Assembly: GCF_030144855.1 (NCBI RefSeq)
Contig: NC_082730.1
Span: 3,844,001-3,908,000 of the forward strand
Length of the DNA: 64,000 nt
Source: Hypanus sabinus
Taxonomy: Eukaryota
Direction of reading: 5' to 3'
Shown here in pieces: positions 25,571 through 38,260 of this stretch (position 1 is its first letter; the number at the start of each line of letters is the position of its first letter). The translations under genes were made by a program, and so were the position numbers. The notes beneath the pieces were generated by a model that saw nothing but the letters and a program-made list of their open reading frames with translations, did not search any database and was not told the origin of the DNA.

Positions 25571-25734
25571 CCCCTAAAACAACAGCGGTGTCAGATGCAG
25601 TGACCCTGGTGATTGGACTGTCAGTGGCGGGGACCCTCCTGATCTCTGCTCTCACTGCAATCTTCACAGTCACATGGAGGAGAAGACCTGAGGGAACAGA
25701 AGTAACTTCAGAGACTGAAAGCAAGTGGATGTGA
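25571..25734 (+). CDS. CD2/SLAM-like receptor copy 1, exon 4 (stalk, transmembrane helix, RRR stop-transfer, short tail, stop)
   Basis: Acceptor ttttctcctctgtgttacAG, phase 1. Encodes PKTTAVSDAVTLVIGLSVAGTLLISALTAIFTVTWRRRPEGTEVTSETESKWM*. The exon's 3' end is uncertain because a splice donor may lie within it. Confidence 0.85.
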
Positions 25735-26109
25735 TATTCTGTCGTTGAGTCTAGTATTTGTGGGAGGGAGAGAGAGTGGGTGGGGCAGGGAGGTAACAAC
25801 AGGGGTGGGAGAGAGGTGTTATATGTGGTAAAGTGGGAATGGTTTCAGTACATACCCTGTTACCTCTGCTTTCTGACCCACAGACCCATTGGAGACAGGC
25901 ATCATTTATGCAAATCTTCCGAAGAATCGCAGTGTCTGGCTGCCCCCCCCGGGGGAATGGCAGGATAATGACAGACACGTTACCCCTGGAAAAAGGGCAC
26001 CCAGGGATCACTCACAGTCCTTGGGACAGACTGAACATAAGGCCTGCATGTAATCTGCACAATCCCAGAATCAACCACAGGTCCCTGTCACCAGGGATCG
26101 TTCCAACCA

Positions 26110-28200
26110 CTACTGCATATTAATACTCTCAGTTACTCCAACATCTGCTTCTGAAAACTCCAGTCTCAACAACAAGTAACCATTGTGTGGGTAGTCATCA
26201 GTACTAAGCCCCCAAATCTCAAAGGCACCGAGTGGCATCAATGGTAAATGTGTCAGATACCGTTTGTAAATGGATCTATAAAGTAAAGTAAGTTGAGAAC
26301 CTGTGTCAAGTATGGCCCGAGCAAAAATACCTTCAGTCCATTTGGACACACCAGAGTCTGGTCCCACTAAACCTCCAGGAATATTGTTTTGCATTTTAGT
26401 ATTTCCCTTGATGCACTGATTGGAACTTATTCTCCCCGAGACACCAGTCCATATCTTTACAATGTCCACCCACAGTTTTGTATCTTTTTTGCTCTGTCTG
26501 ACTAACCATTATGTACTTTCTGTAGATTTTCCTGTTCCTCACAGTTTCACTTGAAATGTCTATCTTTTCCATGGTTGTCACAGAAAATACCAGTCAATCC
26601 TCTCATCAAAAGACCATTTATAACAGCATTCCTCTGCTTAGTAAATCCTACAGATGGGTCAGTTTCCTAATAAAAATGTCACATTTAGTTAAAACATTAG
26701 CAAACATCCACTGAATCAGCTCAGTTTGAAGGCTATTCTTCTCATTCCTGAATATCTTGATCTCTGTAGCATCAGGGGCTACTTTATCAACAGAGGCTAC
26801 CACTGACGGCATTACTCAGCTTCTGGAAACATCCCGCTCCTCAATCGTATTTCCATCCTCTCTAACTTCTCTGAATAACTCAGTTAAAGATGGAGGAAGA
26901 TGCATCTTGTGAGTCATTCAAATATGTAGAGCAATCGTGCCGTGTGATAATACACTCTTCACAACTTGCTCCACCCTCAATACTACCCTCTCAGGTAGTT
27001 GAATGCCCCCTTTGTGACCCACACAATGCAGCAGTTTCTGACCAGAAAAGGTAGTCATAAAGCTTCTGCCCTTCCTCCTAGACTGTGTGCCTCAACTTCA
27101 TCACAGAGTCGGCCGAATGTCCAGTGGTGCCCAAGTTTGCATATAGTTTACTGATGTAGCTAGAGAATTGTTTTGCCTTATCTCAGCTGCCAGACCCTAT
27201 AAACTCTCTACCGGTATCTATTTTTTTCATGTTATCTGAGCACTGCCATTCATCCAATAAATAAGACTAATCCTTAACTCAAGCCTCACATTCTTCTTCC
27301 CAATTGGGTGTGAGTTTGACTCCAGGGAACATTCTCAGCCCACAATAACACTGGCTCTCAACAGCTACACTTTAGTGTTAAGCAAACGGTGATGTAATCG
27401 CTGAAAGCAGCACAGAACTTAAATCAACAGCTGGAGGACCTATAAGACTTTTCACCTCAAAGTCTTCCACTCACTCACAGAAAACTGTGCATCTCGGAAG
27501 AGCCCCCAAAAACTAACCCTCTCACTGTGGCTCATAACAAAATTGGCTGGTTTGCTAACTCTGGCCAACAGTCACATAACGCAACAATAATGTGTAACGA
27601 TGAGAAAGTCACCTTCAATAAGCAACACACTTCCAGGTTCGGTACATATCGGGTTCAACCAGACAGGAAAGTTGGCATGTTCTGATGCGGGAACAAAAAT
27701 TGTAGTGAATGCTCTGTAAGTGCTGCCCCATGCAGAGTTGTCATTTTCCAGGAAATAACACCTTACACTAGTATAAAAATAAAGTGGAATTATATTTACT
27801 GACATTAAAATTTTAAACAGTTAATAGAGGGGAAGGAAAAGGGTCCAGCTCAGCTGAACTAGTCTATATGGGCAAATAAACATTGGATCTTTGATTTCTC
27901 ACTTGCTGAACCCATGATCTGCATGGAAGACACCAGTCACCTTTGGAACTTCCCTTGAAAGCCATTTTGAATGAACTGGCTAACTCAGGAGCATTGGCTC
28001 TTCCTGCTGAGAACCATTTGGCTACACAAAGCACTTCTTGCAACAGTGACTCTCCCTTGAACAGTGTTCACTGAGCATCTTCGCTTGTGTTCTCCTCCAC
28101 TGCTCCTGCCAACCAAACCTCCCTGGACTGGCTGACACAACATTCCCAGCCTGAGCAAGTAGTCCTTATCTCAGCCGAAGCCAAAACACTAAGCTATGAG
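26110..28200 (-). mobile_element. Degenerate Ty3/Gypsy gag-protease remnant (shorter paralogue ~54250-55280)
   Basis: Retropepsin active-site-like motif ARAILDTGSQLTLL (26110..26469 and 54267..54527). The upstream sequence is only weakly gag-like. Confidence 0.6.
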
Positions 28201-28739
28201 GCTTAACGATGAGAAAACATTGCATTTGCAGAAAAACTGCCAAAATAAAAATACCTCACAGCATACCAGTAGAAATACGATAAAACATGTGCTTAACTTG
28301 GGAATGACACAGGCAAATGGATTGAATGTGATCAAGTACTCAATGGTAACCACAGAGATGGAGGGCCAATGGGCCTGTTTCTGTAGCTCCATCCTATTTG
28401 AAACCCTCCACCAATACCTGGCAGTTCAAAGTATATTTTATCAAAGTGAGCATATATTATCCAAGCTTGAGATTCATCTCTTTATGGACGGTCACAAAAC
28501 AAGAATCTCAAAAGAACCCATGAAAAAAGAAAACCAAACGCCAAATGGGAGAGAGTGGGGGGTGGGGGAAGAGGAGGAGAGAGTGAGATCCCGGCAGGGC
28601 CCCCTCCCAGGCCTGGGCCGGGCCCCCTCCCAGGCCTGGGCCAGTCGTGAACACCTGGGCAGGTGTGGGGCACAACCCTTAGGGATCAACAGATGGAAGG
28701 GGCATTGGCAGTCCAGTCAGAACCGCCTGACGGAGGCAA

Positions 28740-29068
28740 CGGGTAAGAAGGGGCAGAACCCTCACCGGGCAGTGGCAGTCCGGCCAGATGGCCTGACACA
28801 GGCAATGAGTAGGAAGCTGGGTCCAGGGTAAGCAGCAAAACTACAGTGATCCACCAGGTACATTGGTAAATTGGGAAAGGCAACCAACAGCGTGGCAGCG
28901 CAAGCGAGGAGAAAATGGCGGAACAGCGGGACCAGCGCACAGGTGAGTAGCAGGGGAACAAGACCAACTGGATAGAGCATATACAGAACAGTCCAACAAC
29001 CAGCGCAGAGCCTGATTCCCAGCAGGGTGGCAACCAGGTCAGAACAGGATACAGAACTCTCTCACTCA
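28740..29068 (-). mobile_element. Probable 3' part of an LTR-like element split by the Nimb-like LINE
   Basis: Copy-1 specific and flanks the LINE. The other side (34146-34351) begins TGTCA on the minus strand and has a TATAA-like box. Family assignment is by resemblance only. Confidence 0.35.
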
Positions 29069-32000
29069 TTTTACAGCAGTTGGCACCCAGCTTAATGGTG
29101 CATTAACACCTCCTTCTGCTCCGGAGTATGCGATGGACTCACATTCTAAATCCCTTCACCCAATCGCACACCTACCCTAACCTACACTTTATCCTCCCCA
29201 TCCTAGTACCCCATTTCTGTTTATCCATCATATCCTATTAAAAAAAAACCTGTATCCCTTAAGAAAGCTAAAAATACCCTGACCTGTATTCTCTCACCCA
29301 TGCCCAGTAACCCTTTTAACGTGCACCCCCAATTCCCTTAGATTAATTCTCATCATCTCTCTGTATCCCATACTTCCTACAACTCAGAACTACATGTTCT
29401 ACTGACTCCTCTTCCTGACATTCCACACACAATCCTGCCTGGTGTTTCCCTATCAATTTCAATGTTTGGTTTAGTGCACAGTGCCCCAGCCTTAACCTAG
29501 TCCACACAATTTCCTCTCTTCTGTATCTACTTCCTACCCTAGTACCTGCAACACTTCTTTGTATTCCATATAAATGCCTCCCTTTCCCCTCCCTGTCCCA
29601 TCTTTCTTGCCACATTTGGTTAATTTTTTTCCCAGATAACACACTTAACCTCTGCTTTACTGATACTAATGTGCATTTCTATATTTTCTTTCTTTAATGC
29701 CCTCTTTGCCAAGTCATCCACCCTTTCACTCCCCTTCGCCCCTACATGAGCTGGAACCCATAGAAATTTATCCTGACCTCCCTGATCTGCAACTCGTTTG
29801 ACTGACTGAAGGATTTCATGAAGTACATCTTGCCGGCTGTTTGAGTGAGAAGACCTTAAACTTGCCAGTACTGAAGATGAATCTGAGCATATCAACACTT
29901 TGACGAGTTTAGATTTCTCCACCCAACACAACGCAACCAACACTGCCATCATCTCCACTGTATACACCGCTAACTTATCAGATTGTTCTGCTGATCAAAC
30001 ACTCCACATGATCGAGCAATATCATTCCCTACCCGACTAAAGTTTTCCCTCTGAAACCTCCCATTTTCCCAGGACTCCTGTAACACTCCTTTAGCAGGGT
30101 GAGAGTCATTGTGTCCCTGCAAATAAACCCAGTAGTTTGCCATCAATTGCATCCTTCTTAATTCCAAAGGCATTCTTCCCATTTCTACCTGCAGGGCCGA
30201 TATTGGTGATGTTTTAAAAGCCCCACTGCACACTCTCAAAACCTGAGCCTGAATCACATCCAGTTTCCTTGTAAGAGACCTAGCTGCTGATCCATATGCT
30301 ACACTTCCATAATCCAACACAGATCTTACTAAAGCCACATACATTCTCTTCAATGCTGAACAACTTGCTCCCCATTCCCTACCAGTCAAACATCTCATCA
30401 CGTTTATTACTTTTTTACATTTCTCCTCAACTTTCCTGATATGGTCTGCCCATGTTAATCGTGAATCAAATATAACTCCCAGAAACTTAAATGATCCAAC
30501 CCTTTCTAATTCAATCCCATACATCCTTAACTCCTTCCCTATTTCAATTCTTTTCCTAGTGAAAAATACAGTTTGAGTTTTTTCCACTGAAAATCTACAT
30601 CCCCAATCATAACCCCACTCTACCACTTCATCAATTGCTCCTTGTAGTTTCTTGATTATATGCTCAGTGTTCCTGCCTCTTTTCCACAAGGCCCCATCAT
30701 CCGCAAACAGTGACCTACCTATATCGACTGGTACCTTTGTGAAGACATCGTTGATCATGATGATGAAAAGTAACGGGCTAATCACACTACCCCGAGGTGT
30801 GCCTTTTCCCACTATGTACTGTTTTGATCATTCTGTTCCAATCCGAACTTGAATTTTTGAACCAAACAAAAAATCTTTAATCCAATTAAAAACTCTCCCC
30901 CCAACCCCCATCTTCTGCAGTTTAATTAATAATCCTTCCTTCCACATCATATCATAGGCTTTTTCAATGTCAAAAAACACTGCAACTACTGACTCTTTAT
31001 TTGCCTGGGCCTTTCTTATTTCAGTCTCTAATCTTATCACTGAGTCCATGGAATTCCTTCCCTTCCTAAAACCTCTGATAACTTGTCAGCATTCCTCTCT
31101 TCAAGATCATATGATAACCTTTCAGTTATCATCCTTTCCATTACCTTACATATATTTGATGTTAGTGCTATTGGCCTGTAGCTAGTAGGTTTTGATGGAT
31201 CCTTGCCAGGTTTCCTTATTGGAATTACTACTGCTTCTTTCCATGCACTTGGTAATCTTCCCTCCTCCCACACTGTTATAAAAGATGCAGTAACTTCAAG
31301 AGCGCTCCTTCTTCTAGATTTTTTAGCATAACATTGCATATTAGATCTTTCCTTGGGGAGATTGGTCTCCATCTCTTTATTGCTCTCACCATTTCTGCCA
31401 AAGTAAATGGATCATCAATTATATCATCTGTTTCTTCCCTCCTGTTTAACACACCTGGGTATTGACTCATTGTTCTTTCCCTTCTCCATTCTTCAGACAA
31501 ATTTTCTGAACTATGTACCTTTACAAATGACTTGGCCATGATCTCAGCCTTACCCCTGCTGGAGACTGCTGTTTCCTACTCAGATATCATTACTGGATAC
31601 TGCCAATCCCTTCTACCTCCCCCCATCCTCTTAATCATTCCCCATACCTCTACCACAGGCATTTTTCTTCCTATTTTGTTGCAAAAACTCTTCCTACTTG
31701 CCCTTTTAGCTTGACGTATAGTTCCTCTCACCTCTGCCTGTGCCTTCTTATATTGAATCAAATGGTGCATATTATGGGTTCTTTTAACTAGCCTGAATGC
31801 TTTTTTTTTTAAATACACAGCCTGACAACATTCCTCTGTCCATCATGGCACTACTTGTATATTCATCCTATTTTCACTCCTGGGTATAGATCCTTCTGCT
31901 ACCATAATAATTGCTGAAGTCACCTGACTGTTTAATTCATCTATATCTCCAGAAATGTCAATCCTTGTCAATGCTTCTTTTCTTAACTTCTGGAACTTAA

Positions 32001-34033
32001 CCCCATCTGCTTTTCCAAACACCCACTTTGGGACTCCCCCACCTGGTCTTATTTCAACTCTTTCACCCACTGAACATAAAACTGGGTAGTGATCACTGCC
32101 TACTGTTGAAGCAATCGAAACTCCCCAGTTACTGATGCCAGCCAAGACATTAGACACTAACGTTATATCTAATACCGACTCAGTTCCTGTTATGTTTATC
32201 CTTGTTCCTCTACCATCATTCATACATACCAAATCCCTTTCTTCCATTAAATCTTCAATTACCATTCCATTTGAATCTGTAATCGGATCCCCCCATATTG
32301 TGCTGTGAGCATTGAAATCTGCACACCACACTACTTTATGTCTATTTTGTCCTTGTATCCTTAGTAGGCTGTCCAAATCCAACCTCTTACATGGATTGTA
32401 GTAGTTAATTATAACCACTCCCTCCCCTCTCTCCCATATTTCCACCACTGTGTATTCCTGTTCATCTCCTTTTTCCAGTACTCTATACGGTATACCTTGC
32501 TTGATTAACATAGCACAAACTCCTCTTCCCCCTAGATTTCTATCTTTCCTTATCATTGTATACCCATGTACCACAAAGTTTAAAGGTGGTTTCAACCAAG
32601 TTTCCTGAATACACACTACATCCAGTTTTACAACCATTTCCTTAATAAAGTCCTTAAATTCCTGGCCATTGGCCAGTAAACTCCTTGCATTCCATTGCAA
32701 AAGGATCACCATAATGAGTACTAACCAACCTATGACACTTCCTGGCTTGACTGATTAGTGAGGTTCTCCCTCACTTCTTCCCATGTCAGTCCAACTAACC
32801 CTAAATGGTTTACTGCTGCTTTGACCACCAGCTGAATTTTGTCACTTTTTGACTTTACCTCTGCCGTACTATTAATGACTCCTGCAATGAATGTTACTGG
32901 AGCTTTTTTTCCCACATAAATCCTGTCATTTACTCTTCGCTGCATCTCGTGTATCCCTATTGCTCTCTGGTCATTAGGAGCATTATTCAGTTCTCTTCAC
33001 ATTCTTACAGCTTCTGCATAAGTGATCTTTTTTTTCACTCTTATTTCTTGAATTTTATTCTCCCGTCTCATAACCTCACGCTCACTATACGCCACATTAT
33101 GAGCTCCTCCACAATTACAGCATTTTGGTTGCACTCCTGTTCCACACTTTCCATATTCATGATCACCCCCACATCTAGCACATCTCCTCTGCCTTTTACA
33201 GTTTTTAGCTATGTATTCAAACCTTTGAAAATTATAGCACCTCAATGGCTTTGGCACACATACCCTTACTGGGTAACTCATGAAACCCAGGAACACTTTC
33301 CTTGGCAAAGTTTCTTCTTCAAATTCAATCAATACTGTTTCACTTTCCTTTTTCATTCCCTCCTTTGTTGTTTTCAGTCTTAGAATATTAATTACTTTCC
33401 CCCCTTTGATATTCCTCTTCAACTCCTCCATGTTTATAATCATTGGTACACCCATGATCACTCCTTTACAGCTACCATTTCATGCTCCCACCCTCTCTGT
33501 ATATTCCACCTTGCATTTTCCTATCTCTTTTAGCTTGAGTGCTTTCTCAAGTTGTTCCTCATTCACACACCTTACCAATAGATTGCCATCACTAAGGACT
33601 TTTGCAAATACTATTTCCCCTATCTTACTTACCAGAGTTGTTGTTAGCACAAACAGGTTAATTTTCTTCATGGTTCCTTGCACCTTCTCATTAAACCTAA
33701 TTATGACAACACCTCCTCTCTGAACTTGTTCATTTTCCTCACTTTCAGAACTCTCTCCACTGTCATTTCTTATTCTTTTATTCCCTTTGTTTTGGTTTTC
33801 ATTCATCCTTGCCCTCACTATCTCCTTATTCCCTTTGTTTCTCCCTTTACCATAATCCATTTCTCCCCAGCTGCCTACCTCTGATCCCAAATCCCTATCC
33901 CACTCATTCTCCACTCTCTTTCCCTCAGCCCCTCCTCTCACATTATTTACCATTACCAGACCAAGGAAACCTCCTCCCAGCAATCCCCACTCTTCTTCCC
34001 TCAACAAGTTCCAAACCACATGCACCAACTCTG
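29069..34033 (-). mobile_element. Near full-length I-group (Nimb-like) LINE with gag-like ORF1 and EN-RT-RNase H-zinc finger ORF2; frameshifted
   Basis: ORF1 has three CCHC-like knuckles (CYNFQRFEYIAKNC, CARCGGDH, CCNCGGAH; 32997..33461). EN: ILLQWNARSL..CIQETWL..DFNAH..SDHYP (31843..32712). RT: PIALTS, DIEKAYD, GTPRGSVISP, LFADDGA. RNase H: ICSDSSSVL..FLWVPAHVG..DDLAK (29620..29967). C-terminal RLRLGH..C..C..ESVEHV (29343..29642). The 3' end aatgcacc..ctgggtgccaactgctgtaaaa resembles Nimb 3' termini as I recall them. Confidence 0.9.
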
Positions 34034-34145
34034 AGCCCTTAGCCCTTAGCCCTTAGCCCTTAGCCCTTAGCCCTTAGCCCTTAGCCCTTAGCCCTTAGCC
34101 CTTAGCCCTTAGCCCTTAGCCCTTAGCCCTTAGCCCTTAGCCCTT
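34034..34145. repeat. Perfect heptamer array (AGCCCTT)16; (AAGGGCT)16 on the minus strand
   Basis: 112 bp, 16 units, no mismatch on direct reading. Confidence 0.98.
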
Positions 34146-34351
34146 GCCTCCTCCACCACCCACCCAGTCTCTGTCTCACGGCCCCTTATAAACACCTGCA
34201 GCCAAATTGGCCACAGGTGTGCCTCCTTGATCCCGGCTGATCTTAACAGGCTCAAAGGGGCCGGGAGGGGCAGCTGCCAGAACTGGAGTCCGGAGCAAGG
34301 GACTGGATTGAGACCTGGAATGCGGATTCCGGACCGGACAGGACCCTGACA
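34146..34351 (-). mobile_element. Probable 5' part of an LTR-like element
   Basis: The minus strand starts tgtcagggtcctgtcc, contains tttataagg, is GC-rich and is absent from copy 2. Confidence 0.45.
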
Positions 34352-35254
34352 CATGGGCCTGCTGCTTTCAGAATCTGAGAGAGGGAGAGAGCTAGAGATG
34401 GAAAGGGACTGTGGCTGGAGATGTGGAGATGGTTAATGGGATGTGTTTGAGTTACAGCTTGTGCTCTGTGCCTGTTTGGAGTAGTATTGCCTCTTCCCCA
34501 TCACAGTCTATTAGATAGCTGTGACATAGCCAGTTTCCACTGCTTTAGTTATTACCCCTCGACCATCAAGCTCTTGAGTAAAGGTGGATACCTACCCTCA
34601 CTGCCCCATCATTAAATGTCTTACACCAAAGATCTCACTTTAAGGATTCTTTATCTCATTACCTCATGTTCCCAATATTCATTGTTATTTATTTATATTT
34701 GCATTTGCACAGTTTTGGTTGTCTTCACTCTGGTGAATCTTTCATTGATTCTGTTTTAGTTACTATTCTATGGATTTGTTGAGCATGCCCAAAGCAAAAT
34801 ACATCACAGGCTTGTATATGGTGATATATATGTTCATTGATAATAAAACTTAATTTGATCACTTTGAAGTGTACTTATTTCCAATCTTTGTTCTCCAAGC
34901 ACCAAATGAAGTTACAAGTTTTAAGTTCAAGCCCAAGTTTCAAGTTTAATTATCATTCAAATATACATGAATACAGGCAAACGACAAGTCACAAACCAAC
35001 AGCGTACAGCACACTTCACATAGCACATTACACAAATAGCACATTTGGTTATTCATCAGTGCAGAACAACATACAGTCACAAAGAGAGATAAAAATATAT
35101 CGCCTAAGTCTTGAGTTTTCCTGGTCCAGCTTGTTCTTTCACCAAGTGAACACTGGAGGGCAGCACAGACAGGAGGGCTCAGACACCAACCCAGTATGAA
35201 ATCTGATTTGGACAATCCACATAGTATAGTGAGAATGGTTGCAGGGACAGTGTA

Positions 35255-38200
35255 CCTGGAGTAAAAATGTACAGCCAGTGCAGAGTACACCTGTGGCCAT
35301 TCCCCTCAATAATAACCTTAGATACTATTGAGAGGGATGACCTCCCAGGGAGGAGCCACAATGACCAGGTCTCTGGCACTGAGTTTGGTGCTGTGTCTCA
35401 GATGAGCGGAGAGGTGAAGAGGACTGCAGTATTGGTAGGAGATTCCTTCATCGGAGGAAAAGAGAAAAGGTTCTGTGGGTGAGATAGAGACACACAAATT
35501 GTATCTTGCCTCCCTGATGCCAGGATCAGGGATATCTCAATTCTTGACCATGGCATTCTCAAGGGCAAAGTTGAGCAGCTGAAGTTTTTGTACATATTGA
35601 CATCATGACATGGGTAAATAATGTGATGAGGTCCTGAAGAGCGATTTTATGGAGCTAGGTAGAAAGCTGAGAAACAGGACCATCAGGATAGTGATCACTG
35701 GATTGTTGCCTGTGCCATGTGCCACTGAAGGAAAGAATAGGATGATTTGGCAGGTGAATATGTAGCTGAGGAACTGGAGCATGAGGCAAGGGTTGAAATT
35801 TATGGATCTTAGTGATCTCTCCTGGGGCAGCTATGAGCTGTACAATAAAAGACAGGCTACACCTGATCCCGAGGATCTCCAATATCCTTGTGGGCAGGTT
35901 GGTTCAAGTTGTTTGGGTGGGTTTAAACGAGTTCAGCAGGGGGCTGGGAACTGGAATGGTAATGCGGAGGATGAGCGCTATCAGATGTAAACAGATGTAA
36001 TGTGTAGTGAGACTCCTAGCAGGCAGACCTATGCGATAGATAAAAATTGCAGTAAACCGGAAGAGCTGTAATGTAAAGATGTTCAAAATTGAAAAAGGTG
36101 AATACAGAACTAAAGGTGTCATATTTGACCGCGGGCGGTAATAGAATAAGTTCGATGAACTTATAGTACAGATTCAGATTGGCAAAGATGATGTAGGTAT
36201 CACTGAATAGGCAGGAAGGCAGAGGGTCTGGCATGGCACTGTTGATAAAAAATTAAATTAAATCATTCGAAAGAAGTGACATAAGGTCAGAAGATGTTGA
36301 ATTGTTGTAGTTAGAGCTGAGGAACTGCAAGGGTAAAGAGACGCTGACGGATGTTATCTACAGACGCCCAAACAGAGTTAAGGATGTGGTCTGCAAGTTG
36401 GAATGGGAGATGGGAATTGCCTGCCAAAAGGGCAATGTTACAGTACTCACAAGGTCCATCAATATACAAATAGATTGGGAAAACCAGGTTGGTGTGGGAT
36501 TCCAAGAGGGGCAATTTCTAACTTATGGGATATCTTTCTAGAACAGTTTGTGTTTGAGCCCTGTAGGGGTTAGCTATTCTAGATTGAGTGTTGTGCGATG
36601 AACCAGAATTGATCAGAGAGCTTAAAGTAAAACAATCCTGAGGGGTAACTTATCATTATGTAGTCAAAATGACACTGAAATTTGAGAAAGGGAAGCTGAA
36701 ATCACATCTTACAGTATTACAGTGCAGTAAAATATATCACAGGGGCATGAGAGAGGAGTTGTCCAGTACTGATTCAATAAAAAAATAACACAGGCAGGGA
36801 TGATGACAGAGATGCAATCGCTGCAATAACTGAAAGCAATTCAGATGACACAGGATTTATAAATCTCAAAGTGTAGGAAGTATACTAAGGGCAAGATGAC
36901 ACAACCATGGCTAACGAAGGAAGTCAAGGTCAACATGAGGTCCAAAGTGAGGACATATAATAGAGCAGAAAATTTGCGAGATGTTAGGGAAGTGGGAAGT
37001 TTTTAAGTACCAACAAAAGGCAACTAAAAGTCATTAAGTAGGTAAATATGGAATAAAGCCAGCCAATAATATTAAAGACAATACCAGCAATTTCTTCAGG
37101 ACCATAAAGTGTGAAAGAGAGGCAAGACTGGATGTTGGACCAGTGGAAAATGATACTGTTATGGGGACAAGGAAATGGCAGAAAAACTGGATACGTTTTT
37201 GCATCAGTCTTACTGTGGAAGAATCTAACAGTGTGGAGGAAGTTACAGGTATCAGGGGTCATGTAATGTGTAAAGTTATCACTACCAGAGAGAAGGTCCT
37301 TGGGACACTGAAAGGTCTGATGATGGATAACTCACCGGGAGCAGATGGTGTACTCCCCAAGATTCTGATAGAGGTGGTTGAACAGATTGTGGAGGCATTA
37401 GTAATGACCTTTCAATAATCATTAGATTCTGTAAAGGTTCCTGAAGACTGGACAATTGCAAATGGCACCCCACTCTTCAAGAAAAGAGAAAGGCAGAAGA
37501 AAGGAAATTAAAGGCCAATTAGTCTGACCTCAGTGGTCGGGAAGATGTTGGATTCAATTGTTAAGGATGTGTTTTCGAGGTTCTCGGAGACACAGGATAA
37601 AATAGGCCATAGTCAGCATAGTTTTCTCAAATGAACATCTTGCCTGACATGTGTGTTGAAATTCTTTGTAGATATAACAAGCAGGATAGACAAAGGAGAA
37701 TTGGTTAACGCTGCAAACTTGTGTAACACCCTGGGAAAGTGTTCACTGCTAACATAATGGATTTTCTGTAGAAGCTGTGTTTGGAGTATTGTGAGCAGTT
37801 CTAGGCCCTTTATCTTGAAAAGGATGTGCTGAAACTGGAGAGAGAACAAAGGAAGTTCATGAAAGATATTCCAGGATAAATTGACTTGTCATATGAAGTG
37901 CGTTTGATTGTTCTGATCCTGTAATCAACGGAAATAAAAATAATGAGGGATGACCTAATTGAAACCTACCAAAATTGTAAAAAGTCTTGATAGAGTGGCT
38001 GTGGAGAGGATGTTTTCTGCGGGTGGAGTTTTGAAGACCCAATAGATTGACATCTACTTCGAACAGATTTGTGGAGGAACTTGTTTAGCTGGAGAGTGGT
38101 GAATCAGTGAGATTTGTTGCTACAGGAAGCTGAGGAGGCCAATTCTTTATGTACATTTAAGGCAGAGGTTAATAGATTCTTAATTGATCACAGCATGAAG

Positions 38201-38260
38201 GGATACAGGGGGAAGGCAGGAGACTGGGGCTGAGAGGAAAACAGATTAGCCATGATGAAA
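35255..38260 (+). mobile_element. Old, internally deleted CR1 LINE shared by both duplicon copies (paralogue 60190-63440)
   Basis: VLVGDSFIGG ORF1 remnant, GVIYRRPN EN remnant, and VLGTLKGL.DNSPGADG..P..L.EV. Copy 2 retains additional 5' C-x2-C-type ORF1 sequence at ~60215-60310. Confidence 0.85.

Noticed and set aside
26110-26469. Cellular aspartic protease gene or PNMA-like domesticated gene
   Set aside because: Only a short DTGS-containing fragment; surrounding frames are full of stops and the copy-2 version has deletions.
28196-28831. 211-aa + strand ORF
   Set aside because: It runs across a patchwork of repeat fragments (LINE 3' ends and GC-rich LTR-like sequence), has no domain motif and is broken in copy 2.
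34034-34145. Canonical interstitial telomere or CRISPR-like array
   Set aside because: The unit is a 7-mer (CCCTTAG), not vertebrate CCCTAA, and there are no spacers. Kept only as a heptamer array.
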